DNA from: Leidyana gryllorum EB-2025a
Taxonomy: Eukaryota > Protista > Apicomplexa
Direction of reading: 5' to 3'
NCBI GenBank assembly: GCA_048772705.1
Contig: JBLWGC010000047.1
Coordinates: 1 to 64,000 of the forward strand
DNA: 64,000 nucleotides
Below, in pieces: positions 22,773-36,706 of this stretch. The number at the start of each line of letters is the position of its first letter. Positions within the stretch are counted from its first letter, which is position 1. Below the pieces are notes generated by a model that saw only the letters and a program-made list of their open reading frames with translations, made no database searches and had not been told where the DNA came from. The position numbers were made by a program, and so were the translations under genes.

Positions 22773-24648
22773 ATGAGTGAAGAGCCACAACAACAACAGC
22801 TTACCGTCAGGTGATCTTTGTCTTCATCTCTGTCCCTACCTTACAATTACAATGACAGCCAACGGAGAGCCCTACGCCGAGCCGAAGAGGCCGCGCGCAA
22901 GAAGGCCGAGAAAGAGGCTGCCCGGGCCGCTAAACAAACTGAGACTTCTCCCAAGGCCGGAGGTCAACCCAAGCAGAAAGGAGCTGCTGAAGCCGAGGAG
23001 GAGCTCACTGACGCGGGCTATAGGGAACAAAGACTCAACGCGGTTGGTGCCTTGAAGGCTGCAGGACAGAACCCATATCCCCACAAATTCTACACCACTC
23101 ATTCGATCCCAGCCTTCATTGAGCAGTTCTCGCACCTCGAGAATGGTCAACGTGATGACACACAAAAGATCGCCTTGGCTGGCCGCGCCATGCGTTTGGC
23201 GGGCAGCGGCAACAAGCTTCGCTTCTACGACTTGGTGGCTGATGACGCTAAAGTTCAAGTGATGGCTGATGCTTCTCTTGACGCCAAGGGAGCTGACCAC
23301 TATCTGGAGACCCACAACCGCATCCGACGTGGTGACATTTTGGGTATCATTGGCTTCCCGGGTCGATCACAGCGAGGAGAGATCTCCATTTTCCCGATCG
23401 AGACTATCATCCTCACCCCCTGTCTCCAGATGTTGCCCAAGGCACAGCCAGGGTCTCAGAACGGTCTGAAGGACCAAGAGATCCGGTATCGCCAGAGATA
23501 TCTGGATCTCCTCTTCAACCCTCAAGTGAAGAAGACCTTCCAGCTGCGGTCAAAGATTTTGGGTTACATTCGACGATATCTGTCTGATCGCGACTTTGTT
23601 GAGGTCGAGACGCCTATGATGAACGCTATTCCTGGTGGAGCCACCGCGAGACCTTTCATCACCCATCACAACGAACTCGATATGGATCTCTACATGAGAA
23701 TTGCTCCAGAGCTCTATCTCAAGATGCTCGTTGTTGGTGGCATGGACAGAGTCTTCGAGATTGGCAAAAACTTCCGGAATGAAGGAATCGATCTCACACA
23801 CAACCCGGAATTCACTGCTTGCGAGTTCTACATGGCCTATGCCGACTACAACGATATGCAGCGAATGACTGAAGAAATGGTCAGTGGTTTGGTGAAAGAG
23901 GTGTGTGGCTCCTACAAGTTGCCCTATCATCCGGACGGACCTGAAGGCAGAAGTCTGGAGATCGACTTCACCCCGCCTTGGCCTCGGGTCAGCTATGTTG
24001 CTGAAATCGAGAAACAGGCTGGTGTTACATTGCCCAGACCTCTGGACGGCCCGGAGTGTATCGAGGCAATGAAGGCTCTCTGCAAGAGAGAGGGACTCGA
24101 CTGGCCCAAACCCGCCACAGCTGGAAAGTTGTTGGACAAACTCTGTGGACACTTTGTCGAGGACAAAATCGTCAATCCCACTTTCATCTCTGATCATCCG
24201 CAACTGCTCTCTCCTCTCGCTAAGTGGTAAGTCTGAGCGTCAAGTGAGCCGCTGCTTTACGCTTCATTCCATCAGGCACCGCGACGACAAGGATCTCGCC
24301 GAGCGCTGTGAGCTCTTCGTGATGGGCAAAGAGTTGGCCAACTTTTATACCGAGTTGAATGACCCAGTGGTACAACGGGAGTGCTTCGAGAACCAAGCGA
24401 AGGATAAAGCGGCTGGAGATGACGAGGCCCAATTCTTCGATGAAGGCTTCTGTACCGCTCTCGAGTACGGTTTGCCTCCCACTGGTGGCTGGGGACTCGG
24501 CATAGATAGGCTTGTAATGTTCCTGAGCAACAATATCAATATCAAGGAAGTCATCCTTTTCCCCGCTATGCGCCCTCTCCCCGCAGCCAAACCCGCTGCC
24601 GCGAGCAACGCTATGGCCGAAGAGGAAACAGCTCCCGAAGCCTCTTAA
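22773..24648 (+). CDS. KARS: Lysyl-tRNA synthetase, class II (introns 22811-22858 and 24227-24275)
   Basis: [59 protein letters not shown]. Both introns restore the frame. Confidence 0.97.
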
Positions 24649-24720
24649 AGGGGATCAGCCTTCTTGCCGAAGTACAAAGGCTGCTCTCCCAATGTGTTTT
24701 GTGGCTCGTCGGTTGGATTG

Positions 24721-25725
24721 TCAAGGACCATTGAACAATCGGCCGAGATATTTGGCTGTCACTTCTCGTTGTTCCTCCTCAGCCAGTCGGGGAGTGAGAG
24801 TCACTGGCTCAATCACTTCGTCACTGTCCATTACGGAATCGTATATACTGATATTCTCGTCGCCATCTTCTCCAGTGTGGCCCATCTCGTGGGCTCGGGC
24901 CTTGAGAGCCAGGAGATGTGAGTACCCCTCGCTGTTCATAACGTACTCTGCCTTGAGTAGTCTGGCACACAACATGAAAGCGATGAAGTGAATGATTGTA
25001 CTGAAGATCAGCATTGCGTAGCCGGTACTCAGTGATGTGACTGTTTCCCTCCGTTGAGTCCAAAAGACGGCTGACACACCCAGATCAATGTCGTTCAAGT
25101 TCCCGCCCACCAACGGGAACAATATTGCCGACATTAGTGTGAGGAACATTGAAAATCCAATGCATCCCACAACTGCTCTCCGTACAGTATCCACTCCTAA
25201 GATCGTACCGAACAAAAAGGACAGCACCAGCGACATCACATCCAGCACTAGCCCTATTAGCAACAACACTATGGTGGTCACCACCGCCCCGTTGTAAGTA
25301 GCAAATTTCGAGCACGCTGTATGTAAATTGAAGGTCTGAAGGAGAACCGCCGAACAAAACTTGTGAGCAGCTCCGCTTGGTGTGACGTTGTGCAACTGTG
25401 ATATAACCGTGCGACATAGACGATTCATAAACCACTTCTGCTGAGACTCAGGGTCGGACTTGAGAATGGGCCACAATCCCGCAATCTCGCAGTTCGAATA
25501 GGCCCCAATCCGCCATAATGAGGCATCAATGAAAACGGACGGACCAAAGGGCAACCGAATCATCGCATGGTGCCAGTTCGGAGCAGCGATTGTCAAAAGA
25601 GCACACAGGATTGCCACCACTAACACGATGATCGTAATGGTAGCAGCTTTCCGTCGCTTCCGACTAAAGTATTCGCTTATGGATATCACTGTTCGCCCGG
25701 CTCGACGCCGGGTGGTAGGTGCCAT
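24721..25725 (-). CDS. Four-TM membrane protein, claudin/amastin-like topology
   Basis: TM1 is followed by W...SLW...C, then a Cys-containing loop and three further hydrophobic helices. Confidence 0.6.
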   Translation of the reverse strand: MAPTTRRRAGRTVISISEYFSRKRRKAATITIIVLVVAILCALLTIAAPNWHHAMIRLPFGPSVFIDASLWRIGAYSNCEIAGLWPILKSDPESQQKWFMNRLCRTVISQLHNVTPSGAAHKFCSAVLLQTFNLHTACSKFATYNGAVVTTIVLLLIGLVLDVMSLVLSFLFGTILGVDTVRRAVVGCIGFSMFLTLMSAILFPLVGGNLNDIDLGVSAVFWTQRRETVTSLSTGYAMLIFSTIIHFIAFMLCARLLKAEYVMNSEGYSHLLALKARAHEMGHTGEDGDENISIYDSVMDSDEVIEPVTLTPRLAEEEQREVTAKYLGRLFNGP

Positions 25726-25799
25726 CTTCTGTCTGTCCTCAGCACCCACCTTGACATGTCAAGGTGCGCCTTTCCAAACCAAAAAATACTTCGCCTAAG

Positions 25800-26633
25800 A
25801 TGACGGCACTTCTACCTACTACGTATCAAGGTAATGAGGGGCTATTGGACGACGAATTGGCCTGCTTGATACAAATATGTGCTGATGGCAAGAAAGCTTC
25901 CTCCGCAACATTATTGCCTCCTTACGGCCAATTGGCCGACCATCTGTATTGCGGGTCCATTGGCTATTTCCGCAGTCCCATGGTGAAGATGGAGAATTTG
26001 GTCAAGAAGAACAACCTGGGACTTGTAATCAATTGCGCTGGTGCTGGCATGTTCACAAGCGACATGATGTCTTTCGAGGGCAACCCCTCTTTGATACCGC
26101 CCAAGGTTGTCACTATCCCCTCCCCCAACGCAGGGCGCCTCATTGAATCCAACTTTCCTTTTGTATTCGAGCACATCGAGGCAAGCAGACTCGCCGGCAA
26201 ACGAGTAGCACTCGTGTGTGTAAGTGGAGTTAACAAGGCAGGAGCCCTGGCCGCTGCATATTTGATGTGGTGGCGACGATCGAGGATTTTGTCCACGCTG
26301 TCGTTGATGTCGGATCGATTGGGACCTGTTTTGCGGCTTCCGAAGTTGCGTCAGGAAGTCATTCAGTTCGCCTTGGCCCACCGGCTGATTGAGCCAATGG
26401 GAGACGACAGACAGGTGTATTATCCCATGCCCGGAACAACGCCGTGTGGTGATGTGTGGGAGGATCCACATCCTGTGTTGTTTCAAGACGACGCAGACTA
26501 CGAGAGGACGAAGCCAGCTTTGAGTCCACAACAACGAGCTGAAGATCAATATCGTATGCGAACGTTGGTGGGAGGTAGTTCACTCAGGCCAGAGCCCAGC
26601 GATTGTGCTAGCGATGGTGAAAGTTTGTTGTGA
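25800..26633 (+). CDS. Dual-specificity phosphatase-fold protein with an atypical P-loop (CVSGVNK)
   Basis: DHLYCGS, LVINCA, RVALVCVSGVNKAGALAAAYLM. Confidence 0.8.
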   Translation: MTALLPTTYQGNEGLLDDELACLIQICADGKKASSATLLPPYGQLADHLYCGSIGYFRSPMVKMENLVKKNNLGLVINCAGAGMFTSDMMSFEGNPSLIPPKVVTIPSPNAGRLIESNFPFVFEHIEASRLAGKRVALVCVSGVNKAGALAAAYLMWWRRSRILSTLSLMSDRLGPVLRLPKLRQEVIQFALAHRLIEPMGDDRQVYYPMPGTTPCGDVWEDPHPVLFQDDADYERTKPALSPQQRAEDQYRMRTLVGGSSLRPEPSDCASDGESLL

Positions 26634-26800
26634 ATGGTGCTGAGCTTGGAAGGTGAACAACAACTAAACATTAACCAGCAAGGACACGGATGAAGGACTG
26701 ACTGAGTGTTTGGTTGGTATATTGGATATATATATACCAAGCAAGTAGTTTCATTCTTGTTTCGATGGGTGAGTTGCGCCGCCTCCTTTAGTTGGATAAA

Positions 26801-27976
26801 TCAGCGGTATTTGTGAGAGCGGTGTTGGGAAGAATAGCGGGTGTGATCATGTGTGACTTGTAGGGCGCCACTCCGCCAAGCATCCTCTATAACAGCTTGG
26901 AGATTTTGGGTGGACAAGTTGGCCTGGAAGTTCGCCTGCTTGGCATACTCAGCCAGCTTTTCGACCTCACAAAGCGAGGGGGCGGATTGCGCGGCGAGCT
27001 GGGCAATTTGAGCCGAGAGGTGCTCGGCTTGGCTCAGTAGTTGAGAGTCCATAAGCTCAGCAGGGACCGGAACTTCAACGAATCTAGGAGCATAGATAGG
27101 TATTTGGACTTTCTGGTATTTGGGTTTGAGTTGGGGCATAAGGAACTCGAAGGTTGTAGTTGCCTCCACGGGCACGGGAATGGCACGATCGATATCTTCA
27201 GGGACTTCGACAGTGACATAGCGAGGAACAGGTTTGTCGACATATTGAGGAACGGGGACGTGTTTAATAACAACCTCCTCACGAATCTCGGGGACTTCCA
27301 CGATCTTCTCCATGACGACTTCCTGATACTCAATTTCAGGAACCTCCACAATCTTCTCTTTCTTGACTATGCGGGGGACCTCAATGACTTTCTCGATGAC
27401 TTCCCGACGAGGCACTTCGATGATTTTGTCTTGGTAGATGATCTCTGGCACTTCGATGACCTTCTCGACATACTCGATTTGCGGCACTTCCACTATCTTT
27501 TCCTTTATCACCGGCTTGGCAATCTCGATGATCCGTTCCCGTACCTTCTGCACCTCCTCAATGTAGTCCTCACGCATCACTTTTTCCGGCACCACCATCA
27601 CTCGCTCCCGAATCTCCTCTCTGACCACCTTCTTCGGGACTTTGATCTCATGCTCAACGATGCGCTCTGAGATCACTGACCCGCCAGTGACCATCCGCTG
27701 TTCATTCGTCATTGCTCGCATGGGCGGAGGCGTTGTGGATTGCTGGAAGGGCTTGGAAGAGTGCCGTGAACCGTCCACTAACGCCGACATAGTAGAATCA
27801 ATCAAAATATTTCCACCGTACCTCGCCTGCGGACTCACTGTTAAACTACGTGTTTCTTGTTTGTGTGCGGGCGTTTAAGGGAGCTCTATACCTTGAGCAT
27901 GACCAGCAGCCATGGGCGATCTTAAGGAGCCCGACCGTCCTCTCACTCCTCGGGTGACCACCAGAGGACCTTTCAT
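26801..27976 (-). CDS. Alveolin / inner membrane complex (IMC1-like) protein
   Basis: EKIVEVP/EKVIEVP repeats. An upstream exon at about 27891-27976 splices in frame; the start is uncertain. Confidence 0.9.
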
Positions 27977-28156
27977 CGGCTTTACCCTCAAGACCTCCAC
28001 ATGGGTGTCCAATTCCCATGGCCTATATGACTACGAATCTCACCACGTCTCTGCCAAGACATATCGTTGCCATGGCCGCAGTAAGACCCACGCACACGCA
28101 CGCACGCTCCCCAAATGACTATAATATGAGTCTATCAATGATACATACTTTCTAAT

Positions 28157-30332
28157 ATGAGATCTCTCTCCGTTCGTCCAGATAACAGTTATCGAGTCTT
28201 ACGGAAGGGCGTAGATGTCACGTTGGTTCCGGAGGCTGTTGGCTGTGGCATTGTGGAATCGGATCCCGCAGTGCAAACAATTGCTCGCCTGATTGCTCTA
28301 GAAGAGGGCGGGTACGCACTTCAGCCCATTCAGGTTGACGAGGACATGCATCTTCGACGAGCGCACTGTAAAGCGACGGGCCGTTTTGCGCCTCACCCAC
28401 TTACAGAACAAGAGTCCGCTCGACTGGCCGAAGACCTGAGGTTTTGGATAGTCGTTCGGTCTGTCAAGGAGGGGTCTTTGCCACTTCAGGAAGGTGATGT
28501 GGTCAAATTGGGCCGCCTAGCCTTCCGCGTCCGCCAGATAGTATTGAACAACGAGGATGAACGAACTGTGAGTCTGATGGCGAAAACAGTCGAAATAGAC
28601 GCGTATATCAATCAGGTCATGAGTCACCTCTGTTCAGCAGCTGCTGAGGACGACGATGTGGCCACTTGCGAAACTCGACGATCTGAGCGGTGTGCTCCTT
28701 TGGCTCTGCCGAATAATGGGTCTGATCAAAACCTCAGTCAAAGCCTTCCTAATTCGCGAAATAGGGTTTCCAGTGCTGGCAGTGGCTTCGACTCGCACGC
28801 TGAGCCCGTGACGGACTGGCCACCTGAGCGAGAAGGCTCATCCGATTCATCATCAGTCAACGGCACTGCAGATCACAATTCTCAGTGCACACATCCGTCC
28901 AGTTCACAGGTTGAGGGCACCCGTAGAGACAATGTGGGGCCACAGGCGTCTGAATGCGGCGTTCCCCTCTGTCGGGTGTGTCTCTGTGAAGAAGAGGCTT
29001 CAAGCGACCCACTGGTCTCTCCCTGTAAATGCGCGGGCTCAATGAGGTGGATACATCTTCAGTGCTTGCGTCGCTGGATGGAAGGGCGTCTCAATATCAA
29101 AAGCGTAAGCGGAGAGGCCGCAACTCTGACTGTTTTACCGCCGTTTCACAGGATGAATCGGGCAACACGTGCTTCTTCTGGCGCCCACTTGAGTGCGAAC
29201 TATGCCAAGAACCCTACCCCACATATATTGACTTGAGCTCGTCGGCTGGGAAAGAGAAGGCTGTCAAAGAAGATCCCGTTTCCAGAGCCTTACGAGCCAA
29301 CACCGCCAACTCTGATTCAAATCTGGTTGAGTTGTTTGAGATTCCCAAACCCGCTATACCATTTCTGATCCTGGGTGAGTCGATCGACTTTGTGGTGTTC
29401 GACGCGACACGATATTTCTTCACGACAGAATCAAGGCATCAGCCCAGCGGACTCTTAGGTTTTCACTTCGTATCTTTTGAGAAGAAAGGGAATGTGCAAT
29501 TGGTGAGCTGCTGTTGTTGTTACGGATGGATCTACCCTTGACTTTGTTCAGGGTCGCGGCCATGAAGCTGATATCCGGGTGCCGGACATCTCTGTTAGTC
29601 GTCTGCACGCCTCTTTGCAGTATCAGGCCGACCCTGAAAGCCTGTCGTCGATACTCAGGAGCTGCGAGATGCCAACTGAGCCTTTTGTCGGAGAAGAGAA
29701 GGTGCTGACCCCCTTGGGTGCCGTGGCGTCCTTATCTGATGTCCACCGCCCATATGTTTATATAGAGGATCTTAAGAGCAAATTTGGAACTTTGGTGGCT
29801 GTCCGCCAACCCGTATTATTATTTCCGCGAATGATGATATCAATCCAGGTGAGTAAGGAAAATATAATTCGTTTAGTCGCTCGCTCGCTGGCGTGGAGTC
29901 GAATCGAGTGGAGTAGAGACGGCCGGCGGTCTCTCTCTCTTTCCTCTCTCTCGTTGTGTCTGTGTCGCTGGAGACATTGTTGGTAATGTCGGCACACACT
30001 GTTCTCTGTTTCAGGTGGGACGCACTGTCCTGACGTTGTATGTTCGGAAGCCGACTTGGTCCCGATTACTGCCTTCATGCTTGCATATCTATTATCGCGG
30101 GTTAATGCCGCGCCGGCTCCGTAGACGCCGACAGAGTGCATCGGATGCAGCTCGACTGGAACCCGATACGCATGATGTACGACTCGTTGAGACTTTCGTT
30201 CCGCTTGGAATTCTGAATGGTGACACAACTCCTACTAATGGGGAGCTGACGATGCGTAATGAACGCATTGAGGCAGAAGAGCAACACCAACCGGAAGCAG
30301 CGTTGGCTCAAACCCATGCTGCCCAGCGGTAG
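28157..30332 (+). CDS. FHA and RING-variant (MARCH-type) domain protein (multi-exon)
   Basis: CRVCL...PCKCAGSMRWIHLQCL...CELC; FHA motifs GRGHEADIRVPDISVSRLHA and IEDLKSKFGT. Confidence 0.88.
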
Positions 30333-30689
30333 TCAATTTGCCTAGCAAGATAGACACGGTTAACATTGGCAATGTCTTCGTAAGCCTGATCGGATTTGAG
30401 AGAGTGGGTGAGTATGCGCATGCGATCGAATGATGATGCGGAAGAGTCGGGTGGCTGGCTGGCTATGTCTGTCTGTCTGTCTGTGCGACCCGCGGCTAAG
30501 CTTGTGCTGACCACTCTAGCAGCGGGCAGCTCCTTGATCTGCTTCTCCTCCACGTGCAAACTTGCTGACTCCCGCCGTACACCCCTAGTTGTTGTATTTG
30601 TATGTATACGCAGTGGCAACCACACAGTCAATCAGCCCCATTTTTGTTGCAAAACACCCTAACCCACTCCGTGGATTGTGCGCGATTTC

Positions 30690-33600
30690 TCACAGTGGTG
30701 CTGAACAACTTGTACGCGCGGGGGGGGAAGAAGAGGCTTTTTGGTGCACAAGACTCAGCGGGAAACACTCTCGGTGGGTCACGCCATTTCGTACGTGATC
30801 CACTCTGATCGCGCTCAACGCTTTGTGCACAGCTTCGTATTTTTGTCGTCCCAATGCAGCTTTCAGCCCAGCGTTGTCGCCCTTCAGGATACTCCGTCCA
30901 CAGCCATCACAAACCGCTTGAGACAAACAGAACGCGTTGCCATCAGACACTTGAGACACAAAGTCTACCATTATCGGCTTTCTCGCCCGCGCTTCTTCCT
31001 CCTCACCCAACTCCAAGTCGATCACCCGTGTCAGACCCCGGAGACGCTGCAGCCGGCTCGCTTGATTTGCGGCTTCTTCCTCTTCCCGTCGACCGACCCT
31101 CAATACGAACAGTCGGAGGGACGGATGCTCAAACGGAGTCCTGATGCTCCCGATTGGAATCCTCATTGTCAGCAACATTCGATGGAGTCCCTGGACTATC
31201 CGAGTCAAACTTGGCGAGAATGCTTTGCCCTTTAGCTTTCCATCGAGAATCTGCAGTGTCTCTATCCACACCTCACGTGTCTTCACGCAGGACACTGTCA
31301 CCGAGAAGGCAGTCACTCCTTGTGCCAAGTGTTCATACAGCTGTTGCCAACGGGGACTCTGAATCGAAGGACAGATTCTGCTCTCGCGTGTCGCCGCTTT
31401 TTCGACCACTAACGCTTCCAAAATGTCGTCCAACGTCAGTCCCCCACTGGGCAGAGACCCGAACGGCCATAATGTCTCCATCTTCTGTCTCAATGTCTTG
31501 CTGCAAATCATCACCTCATCCCCAGCGGTGCTCCACTCCTCCAAACAGTTCGATAGATCATCGGCACACTTTCGGATCGCAGCCTGAGAGACATTGTGAC
31601 CAAACATATTACAAACGCAGTCTCACCTCGTGACTTTTGATCCCCAGAAGCAGAGCCAACTCTAATATCGGCTCGCCCTCTATGACTTTCAGGCACGCCG
31701 GCAGGTCCGCCGAGAGTCTCAATGCCTGACGCATGATCATCTTGGCAGATTCAGATTTCGTTCTCTGATCTCGTGATAACGCGACCAGTTGTGGGAAACA
31801 TTGCCGTATGGACGCCAGTCTGATCGTTTGCCATTCCTCATCAATCGGTTGTCCCTGCGCATCGGCTCCGTTCGAGACCATCAAGTCCGGAGTGTCCACC
31901 AGCTGTTGATACAACGGGAGAGCCGTCTCCGGGAAGTGCTTGATCAAATGAGAATACAATTGGACAAAAGCGCGCACTATCTCTCCCCGTTGCCGCGCCT
32001 GAGCTTCGCACGCGTCGTCTGGTTGGGGCTCCGGTAACCTGAAAGGGTCGACTCCCACAGGCGAAGAGTGTGTTGCAGCTTGAGGCTGAGGTTTCAACAA
32101 TTCCAATAGCACCAACACTGCATCCAGTCGGCCCTCTGGAGTTGTCAAATCGAGATACTCTGTTAAATGCTTCCAGACACATTCTCTCAACTCTAAAGCT
32201 TCCGCAGACGAGTATCGTCTCGGCGCCGTCTCCTCTGCCAAAGGGTCGCAGACTAATTGGCGAAATGAAAAAGCGACCCTCCGTGCGTATTGCAGTGCCG
32301 GGTGAAGTTGTCCGGGACCTTTGGGAAGTCGGAGGTACAGTTCGAGGGCCATCCCAACCCGATGGTCGTGATCAGCCAAGAATGCAGCCGCCCTATGCAT
32401 ACCTCGTTCGCACGCTTGGTCCAATGTTCTTTGCAATGAGTCAGGATTCCGGAGACACACCAAAGACGTCTCGCTGGTAGTTGCCATCGAAGTCTTCATT
32501 ATTCGGAGCAATTGGTTCTCTCGAATCTGAAGATCAGAAATACTGCACCCTTGGATCAGCGCCAATGCCAACGTCTGCTCCAATATTCGCAGATCCTCCG
32601 AACTCCGCTCTTGTGCCAAATACCCAGTGAGCTCCAAAGAGTCGAGAACATTCGGCTTTGGGGGATTATTGTCGGCGTCACCACTAACCGCACGGGACGG
32701 AGCCAACCCACTCTCCACATCAGACACCAAAAACTCAACAATGGAATTCGCTTGTGGACGCCCCAAGTCTGACCACAACAGTGTGTCAGAGCGGAACTGC
32801 AATGTTTAATGCAACTTACTGCATATTGATGCCGCCAGCGTGTGAGCCGAGAAGCTAAACACCCATAAGTGCAAATAGCTTATGTCCAGAGCGTGTCGTC
32901 TGCAAGCGTCTTCGGGCAATTTTCGAACTTCGGGTAACTCCTCCACAGTATCGGGTAGCGTCTCTCGACCCTTAGCAAAGTTGACCAAATATCTATCGAA
33001 AAAAGTCAGTATCCTTGTTGCTTCAGTGATACTCACCCATTCACGTGGTTGCAGATACTCCGATAGAGATCCTCTGCGCTTTCATTCACAATCTCGGGAC
33101 ACACAGCCACAGCGTGGAGAAGTGGTATCAGACAACACTCAAATGTGAGTCTGGGAGACAGAGATAAGAGCATCTTGAATACGACCGGAGTCTCATCAGG
33201 GTCAACAGTCCGAAAGAGTAACTGCGTCAGTGATCGAGCTTCGTTCCTGCCATTCCGAGGGGAGACCCCAGCGTAAACCTCCGCAATGAAACGAAACAGA
33301 TGCAGTGGAGCGAAGGGATGGACGTTTGGAAGGCTGAGGGCGTGCGGTGGATCACTGAACTCGGGCGCTTGGGCATGGAGTAGGAGCGAATCCACACACC
33401 ACCACACACACAGCTGAGCGGTCGGCAGGAAAGCAGAGAGCTCCAATTGTGCACAGGTCCTCCCTTCAGTCGATGGTCCGGTCAGGTTGGCTAAGAGCTC
33501 AAACCGGAATCTTGATGCTTGGACCAGCAAGCAGTCGAGGGTCTGGGGTATAGCGGAAGCGTCCTGGGCCACTACCAGCGCCACCGCCACCGATAGCCCC

Positions 33601-36420
33601 GGAATAGACTCGAATGTGCGGACCGACGACGGCCGACTGAGCATTATTGATCGAACGCCCGGGTTGCGGGTGGCGATTGTGGCTGTGAGCACTGCATAGC
33701 GCTTCACACATCCCGGGCAAGTCGGTGCGGTCCCATTCCGTATTCCCTCGCACAGTGCCGAGCTCGAGAAGCCCTCAGTCTGAATTGTAGGAAATCAGCT
33801 TATTGTTGAGTGGCGTCAGTCTCACCTCGCAGACAGTGCACACAGCAGCCGAAGGCGAGACGCCGATACCAAAGCGTTGAGTGTACAACTTGATGAGGTA
33901 CGGTACAAAAGTGGTCGGGAGACTGGTTAGATCAATGGAGCCCGCGAAGAAATACTTTGGATCGTCAGCTTCGTTTCGTAACTGCTTTCCGAACCGTTCT
34001 CTTATGATGTACGGCTCCATCACGCGGACCAGAATGGACTCCATCAGCTTTCCGCGATTACTCAATCTGTGGAACAACGGCTGAGCAGAAGCCGTTTATC
34101 GTCAGGTGATACTCTCTGCCCACTACGACTTACCGTCAGAAGCTGATCGTTTTTACTCACAGCCAACAACTGTACAATCGAAGCGACGATGATGTACACC
34201 TCGAAAACCGCTTGGAGACGTTCGGGTACACTGCAATCGGCGACAACTTCGTATAAAGTTCTGTCAGTGGAGGTCGCCAGCACGTCTGTGAAGCGCGTCT
34301 CGATCAGGAATGCCCACAATTCCGTCAAGGCGGTAACCAACGCCAGCCGTCCTTTGCTTTGCACTCCGAGACGAGGCAACTGCGCGCGCTCAATCAGTGC
34401 GACCCGAGCCGAAGCCCAGGCGAGACTCGCAATGCTGCGTGGGCGTCGAGCTGCTCGAGACAACGGACTGGACAGGTCTGCCGCAGTCGCCCCAGAGACG
34501 TCTGCTGCCTGAGGGGCACTCGAGTCCATCACGACACTTCCCCCCATTGGAGCGGACAGACTGACTGTTTCGTCAATACACGCGTCCGCAAGTAACACGG
34601 AGGTCCAGTCCCGCAAGAGGTGAAGGTGCAACATGTCATTCTGCAGTGCTGCAACTTTGGACGTGTGAAGTCCCGATCGAGTCTGAAGAGCCAGCAGCTC
34701 CGTTCCAGGCGATGGTAGCCGAGCAATCTCAGTGATGGTGCCGACTTCCTCATGGCTGCTCGCTACCGACACTGTAAAGTCGTAGAGTATAGCTGTGCCA
34801 TCAGCAGTGATGGCGGCAAAGACATTTTCGACCACACTGTATACCGCCTGGCAGGCACAACGGGAGAATTGGGAATTAGTCGACACCGTTAAACCAGAAC
34901 CTCACCGTGAACTGATGTGGAAGTGAGAAGGCGTAATCGAGCGACAGAGTCTGCTGAAGTCCGCTGGTGGAGATTCCTTCACTCGTCGTCGTTGAGACAC
35001 CCGACGAGACGGGAGTGCGATGTAAAACCGTCAAGAGACCCTCTTGTGCTACCTATGGGAGACGGGTTTGGAATTGACTTCCCGGCGACGAATCACTCAC
35101 CAGAAGAAGAGTCGACGACAATACGGCAATATAATGCGGGTGGTTGACATCCTGAGCAACACTATTGTCGGTAGTGTTGCTCCCGAATATCTCATTACTG
35201 ACAGCAACCGCTAGGTCGAATTCGCATCGGAGACGCACACAACTTGTCTTGGCCACCTGAGCATGTCGGCGAGTTATCGCGTCAGCTTGAGACCACGCCA
35301 AGGCGAAAATCTGTATCCCGGCGTCCAGACTGAAGGCTCGGAGACTGTGAGGGTCACTTAGCCATACCAGCTGTCCTCCCAGAGCACTCTGACACTGGTC
35401 TGACCCGCCCTGTAATAGTCGACTGGAATGAGGACTGTCTCCACCAAACTCCAACCGGTTACAGTCCAGACGACCCAACTGGCCAGCGGAATCGACCGTA
35501 AGGAAGAGTCTCGGCGCGAGCATAATGCTGTCGACGATGGGACTGCTGTGAAGACGATCAACAACCGCCAGTCGCCGCACATGAACTTCCGGATTGGGCG
35601 GCCACAGAATGTCTTCGCTCGGAGTGGGCTCGCTGGGGAGCGCGCCGGCGCCGGTGATTGAGTGCAACAGTGATGAGGCGAGAGAGATCGGCTGCTGTGT
35701 TTGCCGGCGGCGTTCCAGACTCAAGACGGCGACGCAGCCTGAAGCATAGCCGATCAAGAGTATGCCACCTCCATAGCAACGGACGTGAGAGACTCGGTCT
35801 ATTCGGTCGTAGGGAGCTTTGAGAACTAATGTCAGATTCGCTTTGGAGAGATCGATAGAGTCTTCCGGTAGTGCAAAGAAGACGAGTCGCCCTTCTTCGC
35901 TTCCGACGAGCAACTCTTCACTCCCAAAGGCGACAGCAGTGACTCGGCCTATTTTACTCCGAAGGGACGGGAGGTGGAGACTCGAGCTGCAAGAGAGAAC
36001 GGGCGGCATCTGGTGCCACTGGGGCATCGAAGCAGTGAGAGTATCTTACCTCGCGACGATAGGTGGAAAGTGGATATCATCGGCCGTGAGCGCAGCATCC
36101 GGTAGCTGGAGAAGTTCCGAGAGGTAGGAGTCTGACGATCTAAAGTTGTCATCCGTGGAGTCATTGTTCTCGGCACCGATATTTGGTGATGCCTTGTTGT
36201 TGGACGAGACGCCGATGAGCTTTGTCTCGAGGCAGAGGCACAAACGATCCAAGTGTGACGGAATGTCAGCAGGTTGTTCTTTGTTTAATAAAGTGTGTGC
36301 CACGAGACTCAGTGGAAGACAGGCGGATGCGTCATTTGCAGAGGGATGAAAAGCTGCTGTAAACAATCGTGTGAGATAGAGTTGCTGTGGTTGTTGTTGT
36401 TGATGTTGAGGTGTTGACAT
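30690..36420 (-). CDS. VPS8: Large multi-exon VPS8-like (CORVET) protein: WD40 propeller, solenoid and degenerate C-terminal RING
   Basis: WD-like N-terminus (RVTAVAFGSEELLVGSEEG), MEPYII...LTSLP segment, helical repeats, C-terminal CDGC...THREC. Confidence 0.6.
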
Positions 36421-36706
36421 TTGTGTGGTGGTGAGGTGTTTGGGTTGCTTCTCCCAGTGGGGAGAAGCTACTTTTCGTGCCTCAAATTTTATACGGAGGG
36501 GGTGCCACGTTCATATTACATTGCACTATCTACCCACACCCACCCAAGTTATTTGACAGTACGGGGCGCACATTAATAAAGGACTGGTAGGTGTCTGTGC
36601 TTGTGATCCGCGCGCGCGCGAGCGAGCAAACCATAGTCTTTCTTCCTCTGGAGAATACTGTGTCGCTGTTGTCGTCGTTGTCGTCGTCATCTATTGTCTA
36701 TAGTCC

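Noticed and set aside
22852-23055. Out-of-frame ATG or uORF at the LysRS 5' end
   Set aside because: The ATG lies inside intron 22811-22858; the true start is 22773.
30430-30510. ATGATGA...CTGA box C/D-like pair
   Set aside because: The interior is microsatellite (ggct/gtct) with no terminal stem or recognisable guide.
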